DNA of 64,000 nucleotides from Paragordius varius. Taxonomy: Eukaryota; Animalia; Nematomorpha. The stretch covers positions 4,402,001 through 4,466,000 of the forward strand of contig OZ176053.1 of assembly GCA_964247055.1 (NCBI GenBank), read 5' to 3'. The notes under the pieces are model-generated. The model was not told where the DNA came from. It saw only the letters and a program-made list of their open reading frames with translations, and made no database searches. Position numbers and translations under genes: made by a program. Of the stretch, positions 1-12,446 are shown in pieces. The stretch's first letter is position 1; each line of letters starts with the position of its first letter.

Positions 1-305
1 TCTTTATATTTAAACTAGGTTTCACGCAATAGTACCTTTAAGATTGACCAAATTGCACCACTTTTACACACAATAAAATAATAAAACCATAAATTAAAAA
101 AAATTTGATAAAATATCTCAAAACGCTCATCAGCTACATAACGGTGGCTGAACTATGGGCCCGCACTGGAAAGTTTTGCTGGGAAACCAGTGATAAAAAA
201 ACTTTCATTAACGTTATGTTTATTAATTTGGAGGGAGTGGGTTTTTTGTTTTTTCTGGGTGTCCCTATTTCGAATAACAAGGCCACTGTTACTTTTAGGC
301 AATCG

Positions 306-332
306 TATATATATATATATATATATATATAT
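306..332. repeat. (TA)n microsatellite
   Basis: Direct TA run. Similar runs occur at ~16167-16224, ~24776-24797, ~29090-29115 and ~60275-60296. Confidence 0.95.
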
Positions 333-427
333 GTTAATATTTAAGATGGTGTGTTTACCAGTCTTACCAATAGTATCGAAAACGATTAAGCAGTGCGCAA
401 CAATCAAATCTATTATTATATTGTTTT

Positions 428-1750
428 ATGGATAAAAAAAGCTCTAAACAAACATTAATTAATACATTAAATCACATAGATAATCTTCAAGTTTTGATAA
501 GGTTATTTTTAAACGACAACGATTTGATAGAACCGTTTGATAAAGACAAAGATGATGCGAGAAAAAGAATGATTTTTGATTCCAACAAAAGAGTAAAAAA
601 AGATTTGGATCCGGCTTTGAAAAGATTTTGCAATCGCTTTGATGGGATTTTTGCTGATCTTCTATTTATTAAACATCATATTCAAAAACTATACAATGAA
701 AAAGTGGGTTTTGATCACCATGCTAAACTGATACCAAAAATTGAACAATCTATCAATCTCATGAATACACTTGTATCCGATACTAATCAAATTAAAGAAA
801 ATGTGGAATTATTACGACAGTCTCATACCCCGAATTTTGGTAATGCAAAAGACGTATCTCTCCTTAATTCGGTTATAGAATCTGTTAATGCAAAAGCCAG
901 TTTACCGTATAAAATTAGTAACAACAATGCTATAACCGCTATGAATCATCTTCCTATAGAAAGCTCTGTGGTTTATAATCCATCAACACCTAATCTTAAT
1001 TATTATCCTAATAACGTTGTTCAACCAAATAATTATACAGAAATGCCATGTCATCCGGGGGTTTATTTGGATCCTAACACGATAAATCCCCAGAATAAAA
1101 GCTTCTGCAGTTTAGGGTGCACTAATAATAGTCTGCCGACAAATGAGAATTGTCAGAGCCCAGGACATCCACTGTTAAACATGCAAAATAAAGATATTTT
1201 TAATCATTCTGTGGATACGTCAGCCAATTGTCATATGATTCAAAACATACCCCTACAACAATATAAGGTAGAAGGAAACAAAAGGGATTTAATTTCACCG
1301 TTTAACCAATCATCTCTATGTGCGTCTAGCTGCCTACAAAATGTAAATACTTTCCAATGTTCTAATGAACCAAACATCGGACAACCCCCTTTATCCAGGA
1401 TGCCAAATTATGTCGGGGATAATGCTTCGAGTCCACAAAATTTCCAATATGCTCAAATTCCTACTAATCCGACCATGTATTTGGGTGAACCTAATATAAA
1501 CAGACCATATCAAGGGAATCTAGCGATTCAATCTAATAAAATTAACCAAGACAATAAATATTTTAACTGTTTTAGCCCTAGTAATCTGTATACTTGCATA
1601 AATCCTATCCCTACAACGCTTTATCCGGCTGCTAATGATAATAATAATATTAGTACCTGTCAGACCCGATATGAAGATTCGAAAAATCAAAACAATGTGT
1701 CTAATAGTAATCACCCTTTTACTAATACATTTAGCTCAAACAATTTGTGA
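428..1750 (+). CDS. Intronless 440-aa ORF: N-terminal helical domain, possibly Mediator subunit 29 (MED29/intersex)-like, followed by a ~300-aa Asn/Gln/Pro/Ser-rich low-complexity tail
   Basis: A 1323-nt stop-free ORF in very AT-rich DNA is unlikely by chance. The segment LKRFCNRFDGIFADLLFIKHHIQ loosely recalls the MED29 core (RFDKCLEEFYALCDQLELCL). The family call is tentative and from memory. Confidence 0.7.
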   Translation: MDKKSSKQTLINTLNHIDNLQVLIRLFLNDNDLIEPFDKDKDDARKRMIFDSNKRVKKDLDPALKRFCNRFDGIFADLLFIKHHIQKLYNEKVGFDHHAKLIPKIEQSINLMNTLVSDTNQIKENVELLRQSHTPNFGNAKDVSLLNSVIESVNAKASLPYKISNNNAITAMNHLPIESSVVYNPSTPNLNYYPNNVVQPNNYTEMPCHPGVYLDPNTINPQNKSFCSLGCTNNSLPTNENCQSPGHPLLNMQNKDIFNHSVDTSANCHMIQNIPLQQYKVEGNKRDLISPFNQSSLCASSCLQNVNTFQCSNEPNIGQPPLSRMPNYVGDNASSPQNFQYAQIPTNPTMYLGEPNINRPYQGNLAIQSNKINQDNKYFNCFSPSNLYTCINPIPTTLYPAANDNNNISTCQTRYEDSKNQNNVSNSNHPFTNTFSSNNL

Positions 1751-2499
1751 ATATTGTGTGTTTAACATTGCAGATTATCAATATATAATGCTTATTTAAG
1801 AAAAAATTGGAATAAATTTCTAAATTATTAATGTTGTTGTTATATCTATTGATCGATTTTTACTATTTTATAGATTATTTCCCACGAAAGTTTAGCTGTT
1901 TGTAATTTGGTGTCTTTTAAATTGTCGATCTAAGGTGTTTTGCACCGGCTCTGTAATATACCTGTCACCAGCTGGCATCTATATTACTTAGCAATTATTG
2001 TTTAAATATATTTTAAGGCAGGCAGCGGACAAGGATGTGTCGGGTTTGTTTATTTTTAGGTTTTTTAGCTTCCCAATTATTTGCTGCTTCTCCAAAACTA
2101 TTTCATAAGAATTTCGCCTTCCTTCTGTAATGAGCGATCTGTGGCTAAAGTATGCTTAAAACAATAATCAATCTGATTAAGTTGATTTTAGTAGCGAATA
2201 TAATGTGGGGTGTTATTGGCCATATTGATGAGACTACCGAGCTAAATGTATTTGCAAACTACGGCTATATTATGATACAAAAATGATAGGATATTTCTGC
2301 CTTATGCAATTTTTTCTATAATAAATTAGTGGTTAATATTGGATAGGGATAGCAGGGGCATAGGGCTCAGTTGTGGCGCCCGCATATATCCTTTAGGGCG
2401 CCCCAGATTTGGTGCTGGTGCCGAATTTTAAGGATATTGAAAAAAAATCCTGATTTGGAGATTCTTTATTTGTAGCAAAATATATTATTTATTAAAAAT

Positions 2500-3000
2500 A
2501 TTGTACATCGGTTTCTACACATATTGCCTATCTTTCATGTAATGTACGAATGTCATGCCAGAAAAACTAATCGGAAAAAACCATTCGTCAGGCCATTTTC
2601 CAAAGTCTTCGAAATTATTAAAGTGGGGCTATGCGAGTGCCCTATTGATGCGAAGTTGTATTCGCATGATGGCGCCAGATCAGGAGAGTTGCGCGGATGC
2701 GATGAATCTCATCGAAGAATTTTAAGGTCCTTCACTGGTTTTGCTGTGAGACGGATCATTGATGTAACTAAAACGCTTTGATATGTCTTTCGGTCCTTTT
2801 TTGATTAATTTATGTATGGCGATAGCGTTGTGTAATCAGTTTCCCCGGCTTTCAGTTTTTATAATACACACTACCGCTCTAGTCTCATCAGACACAAGGC
2901 ATGGTATTCTTGCCGAAGCTTTTTATCTTTGGACAGGCTTGGGAGGAAGAAAGCGAAGAAATGGGATATTATATAACATATTGCCTTTTATATCTATATT
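2500..3000 (-). mobile_element. Decayed mariner (Mos1-like) transposase fragment
   Basis: Minus-strand translation gives HPRNSPDLAPS (mariner YSPDLAPSD motif) and frameshifted remnants of LCVWWD..GVVYY..LKPGET. There are many stops and frameshifts. Confidence 0.8.
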
Positions 3001-4272
3001 AATGATTTCACCAAATAACAACCTTCGGAATGAAATAAGTACGGTTTACTCTGATTTATCACCATTAATGCCACTATGAGTCAAAGAATAAGTAATAATT
3101 TTATTCTTATTCATCAGAGGAATAAAAAAAATATAGTAGCGGTTTATTATATTAGAAGAGAAATTGGTTTATAAATTTAGCATAAAAACTGCGGTTAGGC
3201 GCTAAATAATTAAAATATTATAAAACTCTAAAGAGTAATTAGAGATAATTAGAAATATGTATTTTTATATAAATTTCATCTCCTAATCGGAATTATTTTT
3301 TACCTATGCTATAACTTTACCACATTTATTGCGTCAAATATCAAATTTAAGTAATAAAATTTGATTTCATGATATAATATGTTAAAGATCTAATATATTT
3401 AGGTGCATCAGAGTGCGTGTGCTTTTTTTAATATTTGGTGGAAATTGTTTTAAGGATACGTTTGCATCTTATTTTAATGTCATACTTAAAAATTATTATC
3501 CATATAAAATTTTTGGTCAGGTATAAATCGCCATAATTTCAATAATATCATAGAATTAATGATTAAAACATTTATTTTATACGTATATACTGTTCTAAGA
3601 TAATTAAAAAATTATCCATCAACAATTAAATATTGGCCATTTATTTGTGTTATATATTTATCATAAAAAATAACAGTATTTTCGGAGACAATAATCAATA
3701 TGTATAATGGTAAAAAAGAGAGGGAGAGGAGTTGGGTTAATTATAAAAGTTAGTAGTAATAAATACCAATTATACATAAATATTTCTTAATAATAAGTTT
3801 AAAATGGATGAGCGTTATAAATATATTTTCATTACTATACGTTATTTTATTCTAAGTATTTGTGTTTAATATTTAATCAAAATTATATTCATATATATAT
3901 TTTATGTACGTAGCTCTAAAAATTTAACATGTTAGTAAATTTTAATAAGTTATGCAAAAAAATCTTATCCAATTTTTGAATATTGTCGCAGTGCAGCACA
4001 CATGTATAAAAATCTTTCCAATATTATTCTTATTTGATTATTATTACGAATTTATAAAATATTAGGAATGAAGAAGAGTAAATGGAGATTAATTATAAAG
4101 ATAAATGAATGCTATGTGGTAGAGTTGGCATATGAACCTGATTTTATAAAAGCAAATAACTTAAATTTACTTATTTTTCGTTTTAATGTTTAATGTTTTA
4201 TATATAATAAAATATGTTATCCAATGATTTTTGCGTTTTCGTAAGAGTCTCTAATTCTCATATCCTTCTAAG

Positions 4273-7200
4273 TTATGGCGTTAAACATTCGATGGAACTT
4301 TTTTTCATTGTGCAATAATAGAGATAGCGCAGGAAAAATAAAAGGGACAGTAAAAAGGCAGCTAAAGAAATATTATGTTTTAGTTATGTTGGGAGGTAAA
4401 AAATATATTTGGTTATGATTTATAAAAAAAAACTTACAGACGTATATAACAATCATCAATGGTTTCCTCTGGTAATGCGTTGTAAACTATAAATAAAAAT
4501 TTTATTGTATAAACCGTTCGAAAATAATATAATATATTAATTATTTTAAAATAAAATTTATTAACTATAAAACAAATACAAAATTAATATAACAATTATA
4601 CCAAAACAGCTAGGGCCGCTGCCAAGGCTATGATTGTAAATACCAAAAATAAAATTGATTTTTTGCGGGCAAAATTGGATCCAACAGATGAACTAAAAAT
4701 TATGTAACGGAAATCATATATTAACGTTAAATAAGCTAAACAATGAAATAATGAATAAAAAAATAGAAAACGATGGGTAAAACTCTTCGATATTATGGAT
4801 CGTAGACTAGTGTTGTACTAGTAATAACGTTATTTAATATATTTATACAAAAAATAATAGTCTTGTATGTCATTATTTCCAAAATTGTTTAAATGTGTGT
4901 TTAACAATAAGTAATTCATATATAGATACATTTTTCTGCAATGTGGACATCGGGCCAGAGTATTGCTTGCCAAATTGAACTAGATGATATAAAATAAGTT
5001 AAGTTGGTAAAAAAGACATATCAAACAATGTATAATATTCCCTTCTTTCCTAAATATAATGGATATGGTCATTATTCTGTGGCAGAATCAGACCCATATT
5101 ATAAAAAAAAGTTTTCCAAGTACTCTATAGATTTTATGCTAAAATGCTCCTTTTTTCTCCAAAATTCTAATTTACCTCTAAAAAGGATAATGTTTAAATC
5201 TGCTTTTATGCGCCATCTTTTTCATTTTGCATTGGATAACAAACCACTTTAATACAAATTATATGGACTATAAATATTCACCGAAAAGTGTTTTTTTCCA
5301 ATTATTATAATTAATGCTTGTAACTTTTTAATATATTATTTTGCATTGAATAAAAACAAATAACCAACCTATTTGATAGCAAAGTTTCTACATTGATTAA
5401 TTTGAAAATTTTTCAGTTATCACCGTCCTTTTCTTCGGGGGCACACTACCATTTAATGATCTGTTAGAGAAAATGGTATGCTGACACCCACATTAAAACT
5501 ACAATATTTTACAATTTTTGACCCCATTTTTAATATTTCTACCCTATTATATATGTAAATACCGCTAAACAACAAATTAAGATACTCATCCCTCGTTTTG
5601 ATCATATATTTGCCTAATCGTCTTCAAATTCAAAAATGATATAAAATATGCAGAGTGAGGATTCAACATTGAAATATTTATTTTGGGTTTTTTATTTATA
5701 TAGCTTAATTTTAGAGCTGTGCATTGATCAAAAAAGTGCTTGGTTTATTTAGCCGTAAATCGTTTTAATATTCAATTAAATAAGTTGATTTATACTAAAT
5801 TTTGAATTTATAAATTTTGACGAGTTGGCATGTAGGGTTGGCAACTATCAATTAGTCGTAAAGACGTTGAGGTATTGAAAATCTGAAAACATAGTTTCAG
5901 ACTCAAATATCACTCCAAACCTTGTCTCATATTATGATTTATAAGGGTTTGTTGTAAATAAAAGGTAGAGCTTTTTAAAGGAATTTGGATTTAATGTAAA
6001 AAAATTTATATCACATATGATCTAAAAGGATATGTAAAAACAAATAAATAAATGTATTCTCTAAAACCACTGAATAATAAAATTATAGTTCTCTCAAAAT
6101 TTAGAGTATACATGGAATAAAAATTTCATTTGGTCAATATTTTGCACTATTATTTTCAAAATCACATAGTATGTGTAATATATTGTTGAGTTTTTGACCG
6201 GTCAAAATATAATAAAGAGCCTGACCGCTTATAAATGCCGTCATTCGTGGTCATGAACAGTAATTATTACCATAAATATATAAACATTTCAATATATATA
6301 ATTGCTAAAAATTTAAATATCAAAAAGCACAAATTTTATAATTATACCATTATTTTATATTTAAATTATTAATATTATGGTTATTTTCTAAGCATTAGCC
6401 GGCAAACACAATCACCCTATGTGCAAATTCTAATATTATATAAATATATGGGAGAATTTTTATTAACCCATTATTTCTATGTTTATCCCCATTAGTTTAT
6501 AAAATATTATTTTAATAAGTAACTTTATAGGAATGAATAAAGTAGAGCTTTCTTTTGAAAATATAATAATAAATTACTAAAAATGTTTCGCCACAATGAA
6601 CACATTCAACCCGTACACTGTCAGGCGGCAAAGGAAGTGATGAAACAACTTTTGGCGTTTCTACTTGCAGGTTCAATATCCGTTTGCTAAAACAATTTAA
6701 ATAAAATAACAGTAAAAATACAATAATCCAAAATTTAGAAAATAGTATTTATAATTGAAAGAAACTGACCCAAATTAGGGTGTAAGAAAAAATATTATAT
6801 TTAATAATTTTGCCTTTGATAATAATAATAATAATGCTACTAATGCTATCTGCCATTATTATAAGAATCTATTCTTACCCATACTATCTAATTTAAAACT
6901 AAGTGTATAGATAAAGAATAAAATATTTAATGGGAGTAACCAATTTGCTCTTGGACAAGCTATCCGTGGGGCAGATTCTTTACAAATCAATAAACAGTTA
7001 CAAGGACATCTCACATACTTTTTTTGCAATGGTGCTGGCTTCAATGGCTAGCAATATAAAGATTAAAAATACCGTAGCTTCGTTACATATCTCACATTTA
7101 ACCACATGCTGATTTTCTTTACCCGTTATATCTATCATATTATCACAAACACGACATTGAATTATTCGTGATCCATCTGCTAATGCATTTATAAAAGGCC

Positions 7201-7359
7201 GGGGCTCTTCGATTTTTCCAACGCATTGTATACTAGTGGCTGTGTCATCTTAGTTTAACAGAATAAAATACTTTTTACGGTTGCAGTTTTATTATTATTG
7301 GAATCAATTGAATTTTGAGGTGCTAATAAAGGCTGTTTTTCTGAATCATTTTGGGCCAT
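4273..7359 (-). CDS. TMEM55: Type I PtdIns(4,5)P2 4-phosphatase (TMEM55/PIP4P1/2), 252 aa, 8 exons: 7359-7272, 7248-7073, 7047-6941, 6686-6578, 4979-4930, 4692-4602, 4486-4438, 4361-4273
   Basis: The spliced product reads [12 protein letters not shown]...[30 protein letters not shown]|[36 protein letters not shown]...CVHCGETFL|[21 protein letters not shown] plus two TM helices. The CX5R motif (CKESAPR) and an ExxPLL dileucine motif are present. All exon phases are consistent and all introns are GT-AG; introns 1 and 2 are 23 and 25 nt. Confidence 0.95.
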
Positions 7360-7442
7360 TGTGAAAATCCTTTTATGAAATACAGATGTTATATTGGTAT
7401 TTTAAAAAATCGCATTAATAACATAACCCTTTATTACATTAA

Positions 7443-7994
7443 CACTTCGATTTGAATTAGGGTATTTAAATACCTCAGACAAAATTTAAGTTAGGATTTT
7501 TGAAAAACTACTGAAGAAAACGGTCCCAATTAAAATTTATGCTTGTATCCTAAATAAAATTATATAAATATGCCAAAATAAAATAAAATTATGTTTTGAT
7601 AAAAAAGTTCCATGTAAACTACTTCTACGCCATTTTTATTTTACAAATTCTTTGCAAGACATCGTCTTTTTAATTTTAAGGGTGAAATTAAAGCTAATTT
7701 CTTATTTAAATTTAATCTTACATTGATAGAAATAGAAAAAGCGGTTTATTTTGTAATGTTTTTTAATTTTAACATTGCACAGATGTCACGTTGACTAAAT
7801 TTTTACCTTTAGGTTTTGGCTTAAAATAAGTAATATCAAGTATTTATGAAATTTTTTTTTTATATATTTCGGTTGATTTTGCCATGGTTTCGATTCCTTC
7901 CATATTTTTTAAAGGATTTAATTTTAAACAGGCCTGGGGTATCCAACTGCCCATTTAAATCAATGAACGAAAATGAATGTGTTGTATCCAAGTG
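7443..7994 (+). mobile_element. Non-autonomous DNA transposon (~550 bp) with CACTT...AAGTG termini beside TTAA/TAA; family A copy 1
   Basis: A homologous inverted copy lies at 59185-59754 and a partial copy at ~59815-60097. Termini CAC/GTG next to TTAA suggest a Chapaev3-like or piggyBac-like element; the superfamily is unresolved. Confidence 0.7.
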
Positions 7995-8949
7995 TTTAAT
8001 CATCATTTTTACACTAAAAAACAAAAAATATTTTTGCGACCTTAAGAGTTATAAATAATAATCTTGTATAGATTATATCATATAATGCGACCAGATATTT
8101 AGGCATTTAGGGAGCAATAAATGTCCTTTACACGAAATCAATATTGATGACAATGTATGCAATATAATTTTGTATTGAAATCAATTTACTACAAAAAAGA
8201 ATTTAATAATACTAATAAAACACACAACCTGAAATATTAGTTATTGGACTTAAACGGAATAAGATTAATCAAATCTAAAAATATAAGAGTTACATTTCAA
8301 TCCTTCAGAATTTTAAAGATTTGCTTTAAAGTTTTGTTGATTTTTTGCATATACAATAATTTATATTTAAAATAAATTTAAGACGTACGAATTTTAATCA
8401 AAATTCTGAAGCGATAGGAATGGTTATTTATTTAGTTATACAGATAAGGTGTTTTATAATATTATTAGGCATTTATATACCGTTTATCAGGGCTCAAACT
8501 ATGAAGTACGCATAGTAAAAGTGGAGTTTTTTTAAATATTTTGATATCAAAGCATATATTTAAAATTTTTATTGCACAACGGCATTTTCGTGTTTATTTT
8601 TAAGAGAATTAGCACATTTATTTTACCAAAAAAAGTATTCAAAAAATGGCGCAAATTTTCCATTTTCTGATATGAATCAGATACTATAAAAGTTATAATA
8701 ACTTCTTAAATCACTCGTAAGGGCCAATATCAAAAGCATCATGATAATCCTGATACATTCTCCTTCAGAATATAATATATTTCATCCGAATATTCTGTGA
8801 ACACTGTAATAAAAAATGTTCTGGTAGAAGCACATGGTGATTAGCTTCCACCCGTTAGAATTTTATGGTGTACAGAGAATTTAAATGTCGTATTTTAATG
8901 TAAGAGAGTGTTGGCTCTATAAACTGCGAAAATCTAAATTACGGCGGTT

Positions 8950-9500
8950 ATTACCCAACTCCCATTCAACTGCCATTGACGTTAGCGTTACATATACCCT
9001 ATAGAAGACATGTACGAATGGATAAGACTAAAAAACTCAATAAATGGGTATCCACTCAATAATCACAACTCACTTGTATACTCTTACTAGTGGCGAAAGA
9101 AAATCATTTTTGCTATGGTAGAAAGAAAAAGTTGGTTTAGTTAGAAAATTCAAAGCGCGAAAAAGCGTGACTGTGTTGGCAAACGGGTCCATTGCACCAG
9201 GACCAAATAGCTTTGGCATCCTGATGAATTTTTCGTTATATGATGCTCACAGCAAAAACAGTACACTACTTACGCATTCGTAACATTCGCACAACATATT
9301 CGCCTAAACCTGGGGTCATCTGATTATTAGAACTTCCCATCAATAGGGCACACGCTCGTAGTGCAGCACTTCAATAATTTTAATTTTTTTCGAAAAGGAC
9401 TCAGTGAATGGTTTGCACATATCGGTTTTCCGACATGGCATTCATTTATTATCTGATAGACGGGTGAAATATGCAGACATTGGAAAATTTTAATAAAACA
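8950..9500 (+). mobile_element. Decayed mariner (Mos1-like) transposase fragment
   Basis: Plus-strand pieces include KKLNKWVSTQ (WVPHEL motif), TYSP...SDY and SIGHTLVVQHFNNF..RKGLSEWFA, matching the Mos1-type C-terminus (SMGHALAEQRFDSYESVKKWLDEWFA). The reading is frameshifted. Confidence 0.75.
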
Positions 9501-10322
9501 AATGATTCATTTCTATTTATAATTATGTATTTATTTACCTAACAACTGGTTAAAACTTCAAAGACCTGCTACAGGGAATAATTCAAAACCGCACATTAAA
9601 GGAATAGATATGGAATATCCCTTTTTGGATAATGTAGCTATAGTTTCGGATAGTTCTTTCTAAAACAGTATTGTTAACCCTTTTTTTTATATCTCAAGGT
9701 TGATGAGGAGCTAAATAAAGTATATGAAGCAGTCACCCTCGGCATTTTATAAAAAATTAAAATTTGAAAAAATTTCCACCATTTTTAGAACAGGACTAGA
9801 CGAACAAATTCGAAAAATGGTATTTCGGCTCATTATAAATAAAAAAATTCCCATTTCTTATTCGAATGAGCTAATATATTTTCCTGATAATTGCTTCAAA
9901 ATAAATATTTGTGCAAAATATTCAGAGCGATGAGGATGAATTAAGCCGATACATCAATTTCGGTCACCCTCTACATATTCATAAAAACTAAAATATCCCT
10001 CACTATATAAGAATAGGCCGCTTTTCCCCAATATTTGCTTAATAATGAATATTTGTTAATAATCTAATTTAAATGGGGTGCTAAACACAAGGGTTATGTC
10101 AAAAAATTGGCTCAGTTACATTTGGCGAAATGGTAAAAATAAAACTATTAGACTTTTGGACTGGAGGACCGCATGTTTTTCGGATAAGTGCTATAAACTC
10201 ATAATTTTTGGGATTTGTATTATTTAAACTATTTACACGGGTAGGGGCAAAACTTAGTCGCTAATACAAAAATAAGGCTCTGTTACCGTCAGTGCCTTAT
10301 AAAGAAATTTTAAGGTTAAATA

Positions 10323-10545
10323 CAGAGGTGTCCAACACAAATGGTTTCGCAGGCCGCCTTTTCGGATTAAAAAATCAACAGGCTGCGCGCACAATATATT
10401 GGCATTAAAAAAATTTATTTTAATCAAAAGAATTTAAAACTACTATTTTTTCTGCTAGTTCATCGTCAAAGACTTATTCAGAAAATTTGTATTTTAAATT
10501 TCTCGCGGGCCACAGAAATATTTCGGAGCGTGTTAAACACCCCAG
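10323..10545. mobile_element. Small hAT (Buster/Charlie-like) non-autonomous element
   Basis: It begins CAGAGGTGTCCAAC and ends GTGTTAAACACCCCAG (degenerate TIR), with GC-rich subterminal motifs. The flanking 8-mers do not match each other. Confidence 0.5.
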
Positions 10546-12446
10546 TTTTAAGATTAAAATATAGGTGATCGAATCCAATTTAAGCAAAGCTAATAAAATT
10601 ATTAATTTTTGTTGATTTTGCGGTCATAATGTAATCAAAATTATTTTATTTATTAACTTTACTTTTAACTATATATATTATACTCTAGTTTTTTAACGAT
10701 TATTCGAAAATTCCAAAAATACGGCAAAAAGTTTGAAATGAGAATTCTTTTACAATATAAATTTTTACAAAATATATTTTGCATAATCGGCTTTATCGAC
10801 ATTAATTCATATTTTTAAATTTGGTTTAATATCAAAGATACTTTTATAGCTATTTAAATTAATCGCTCTCGGGTAGAAAATTACCATAAAAGGTGTATGA
10901 TTAAAAATTAAATTTATTTATATTATTATGTTATAGTACAATTACAATTTAACATAAAATCCAATAAGAATGCATTATTTGAAATTTTCACTATCATAGA
11001 TAATTTTAATTATAGTAGTTTAATTATTTTTTTCATATTATATACTTATTGTCCAACAGTAGCTTATCCAATGAATATAATTGATAGATTGGTTCATATT
11101 AAAAATAAATCATATTTAATACTTGATGACCTTTTGGAGTAGTTTTATACCCCAGAGCATTTTGAGATATGATTATCTATAAAAGTATTCACGGTATTAG
11201 GCCGAATTTAAAAATATGCTTTCTTTAGTTTTTAGGCGCATAATACGAAAAAAATTTTTTTAAGAATTAAAAAACAATCCTTATTTCAAACTTTTTCCCC
11301 GTTTTTTCTATAAATTTTTTAAATCGCTATTACAATAGGAAAATAAATGTATATTATGGTTTAAAAATGTATTCATTAACTTTAATAAGTTTTCAGGTTT
11401 GCCAGGATAAACTTGATATTTATTTATTTTAAAATCAGCTAATTAGTTAAATCGTGTTTTCGAGCTAAATTTAGACTCTAGAAGTCACAAACTGTAAAAA
11501 TATTAGCTTTTTATGTCATATAAAGGCGAACAATGTTTGATAATTAAAATTTAAGTAAAATAACTTTCAAAATGAGAAAAAAACTGTACACTACTCAACA
11601 TATTGGATTTTGACACAAACAGGTGGTCAGGCTTTTTATTGGCATACCTGGTATTTTAATTAGACTGAGAGAAATGTCGAAGCAAGGATTTATCAGATCT
11701 TAAAATATTCAATTTATGACAATAATCCAATCATCAAACCTTTTTTGGAGAATTTTCTCGTGATATTTTTCTTTTTGTGCAATTGTGCAATGACCTGAAG
11801 ACTTTTATTAAATTTAAAACATAACATTTATTAAAAATTGAAATTTTTAGATTAGATACGTTTTAAGCATTAAAGATTTTTATTGATTTATATGTTATAA
11901 TGGATCTAATTGAAAAAAAATAATTTTTATGCATTTTTATGTCCACCATTGAAAGTTAGGAAAATATCTGAAATTAATATCTCTTTTTTATACAATTCCA
12001 TAATTAAAAAACACGATATGTAAAAATAAAAAAAATATATAAATTCACCATTCTTGTCATATTTAATATATAAAACTTTGCTTATGTAGCCCCATGTTGT
12101 TCTTAATTTTTCTTAAGAACATCTTTTATAAATAGTGAAACTAGAGGCCGAAATAGTGTGCCAGACAAATATTATCTGTCCTTTTATTTTATACATTTAT
12201 AAAAAATGAAAGTTAAGCCGATAGATGAGGTATTTATAATTTTCCTTGCCTAATTAATTTTCTGGGAATGTATGCGACCGTTGGTGTCATTTTAAAATTA
12301 AAATTTGGAAAAATAGGATTTTTTTAATAACCGCTTCCTCGAAATATTAGAATAATGCATATTTTAGTAATAATAATTTATTTAAAATGATTTATAATTC
12401 AGTTTTAGTATTTTGTTTAATAAAATATATTTAAATGTGTCAAATA

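Noticed and set aside
105-435. Three short overlapping ORFs at the window start
   Set aside because: They run through a (TA)n tract (YIYIYI) and have no recognisable motif. A divergent gene's 5' end may lie here, but I could not build a model.
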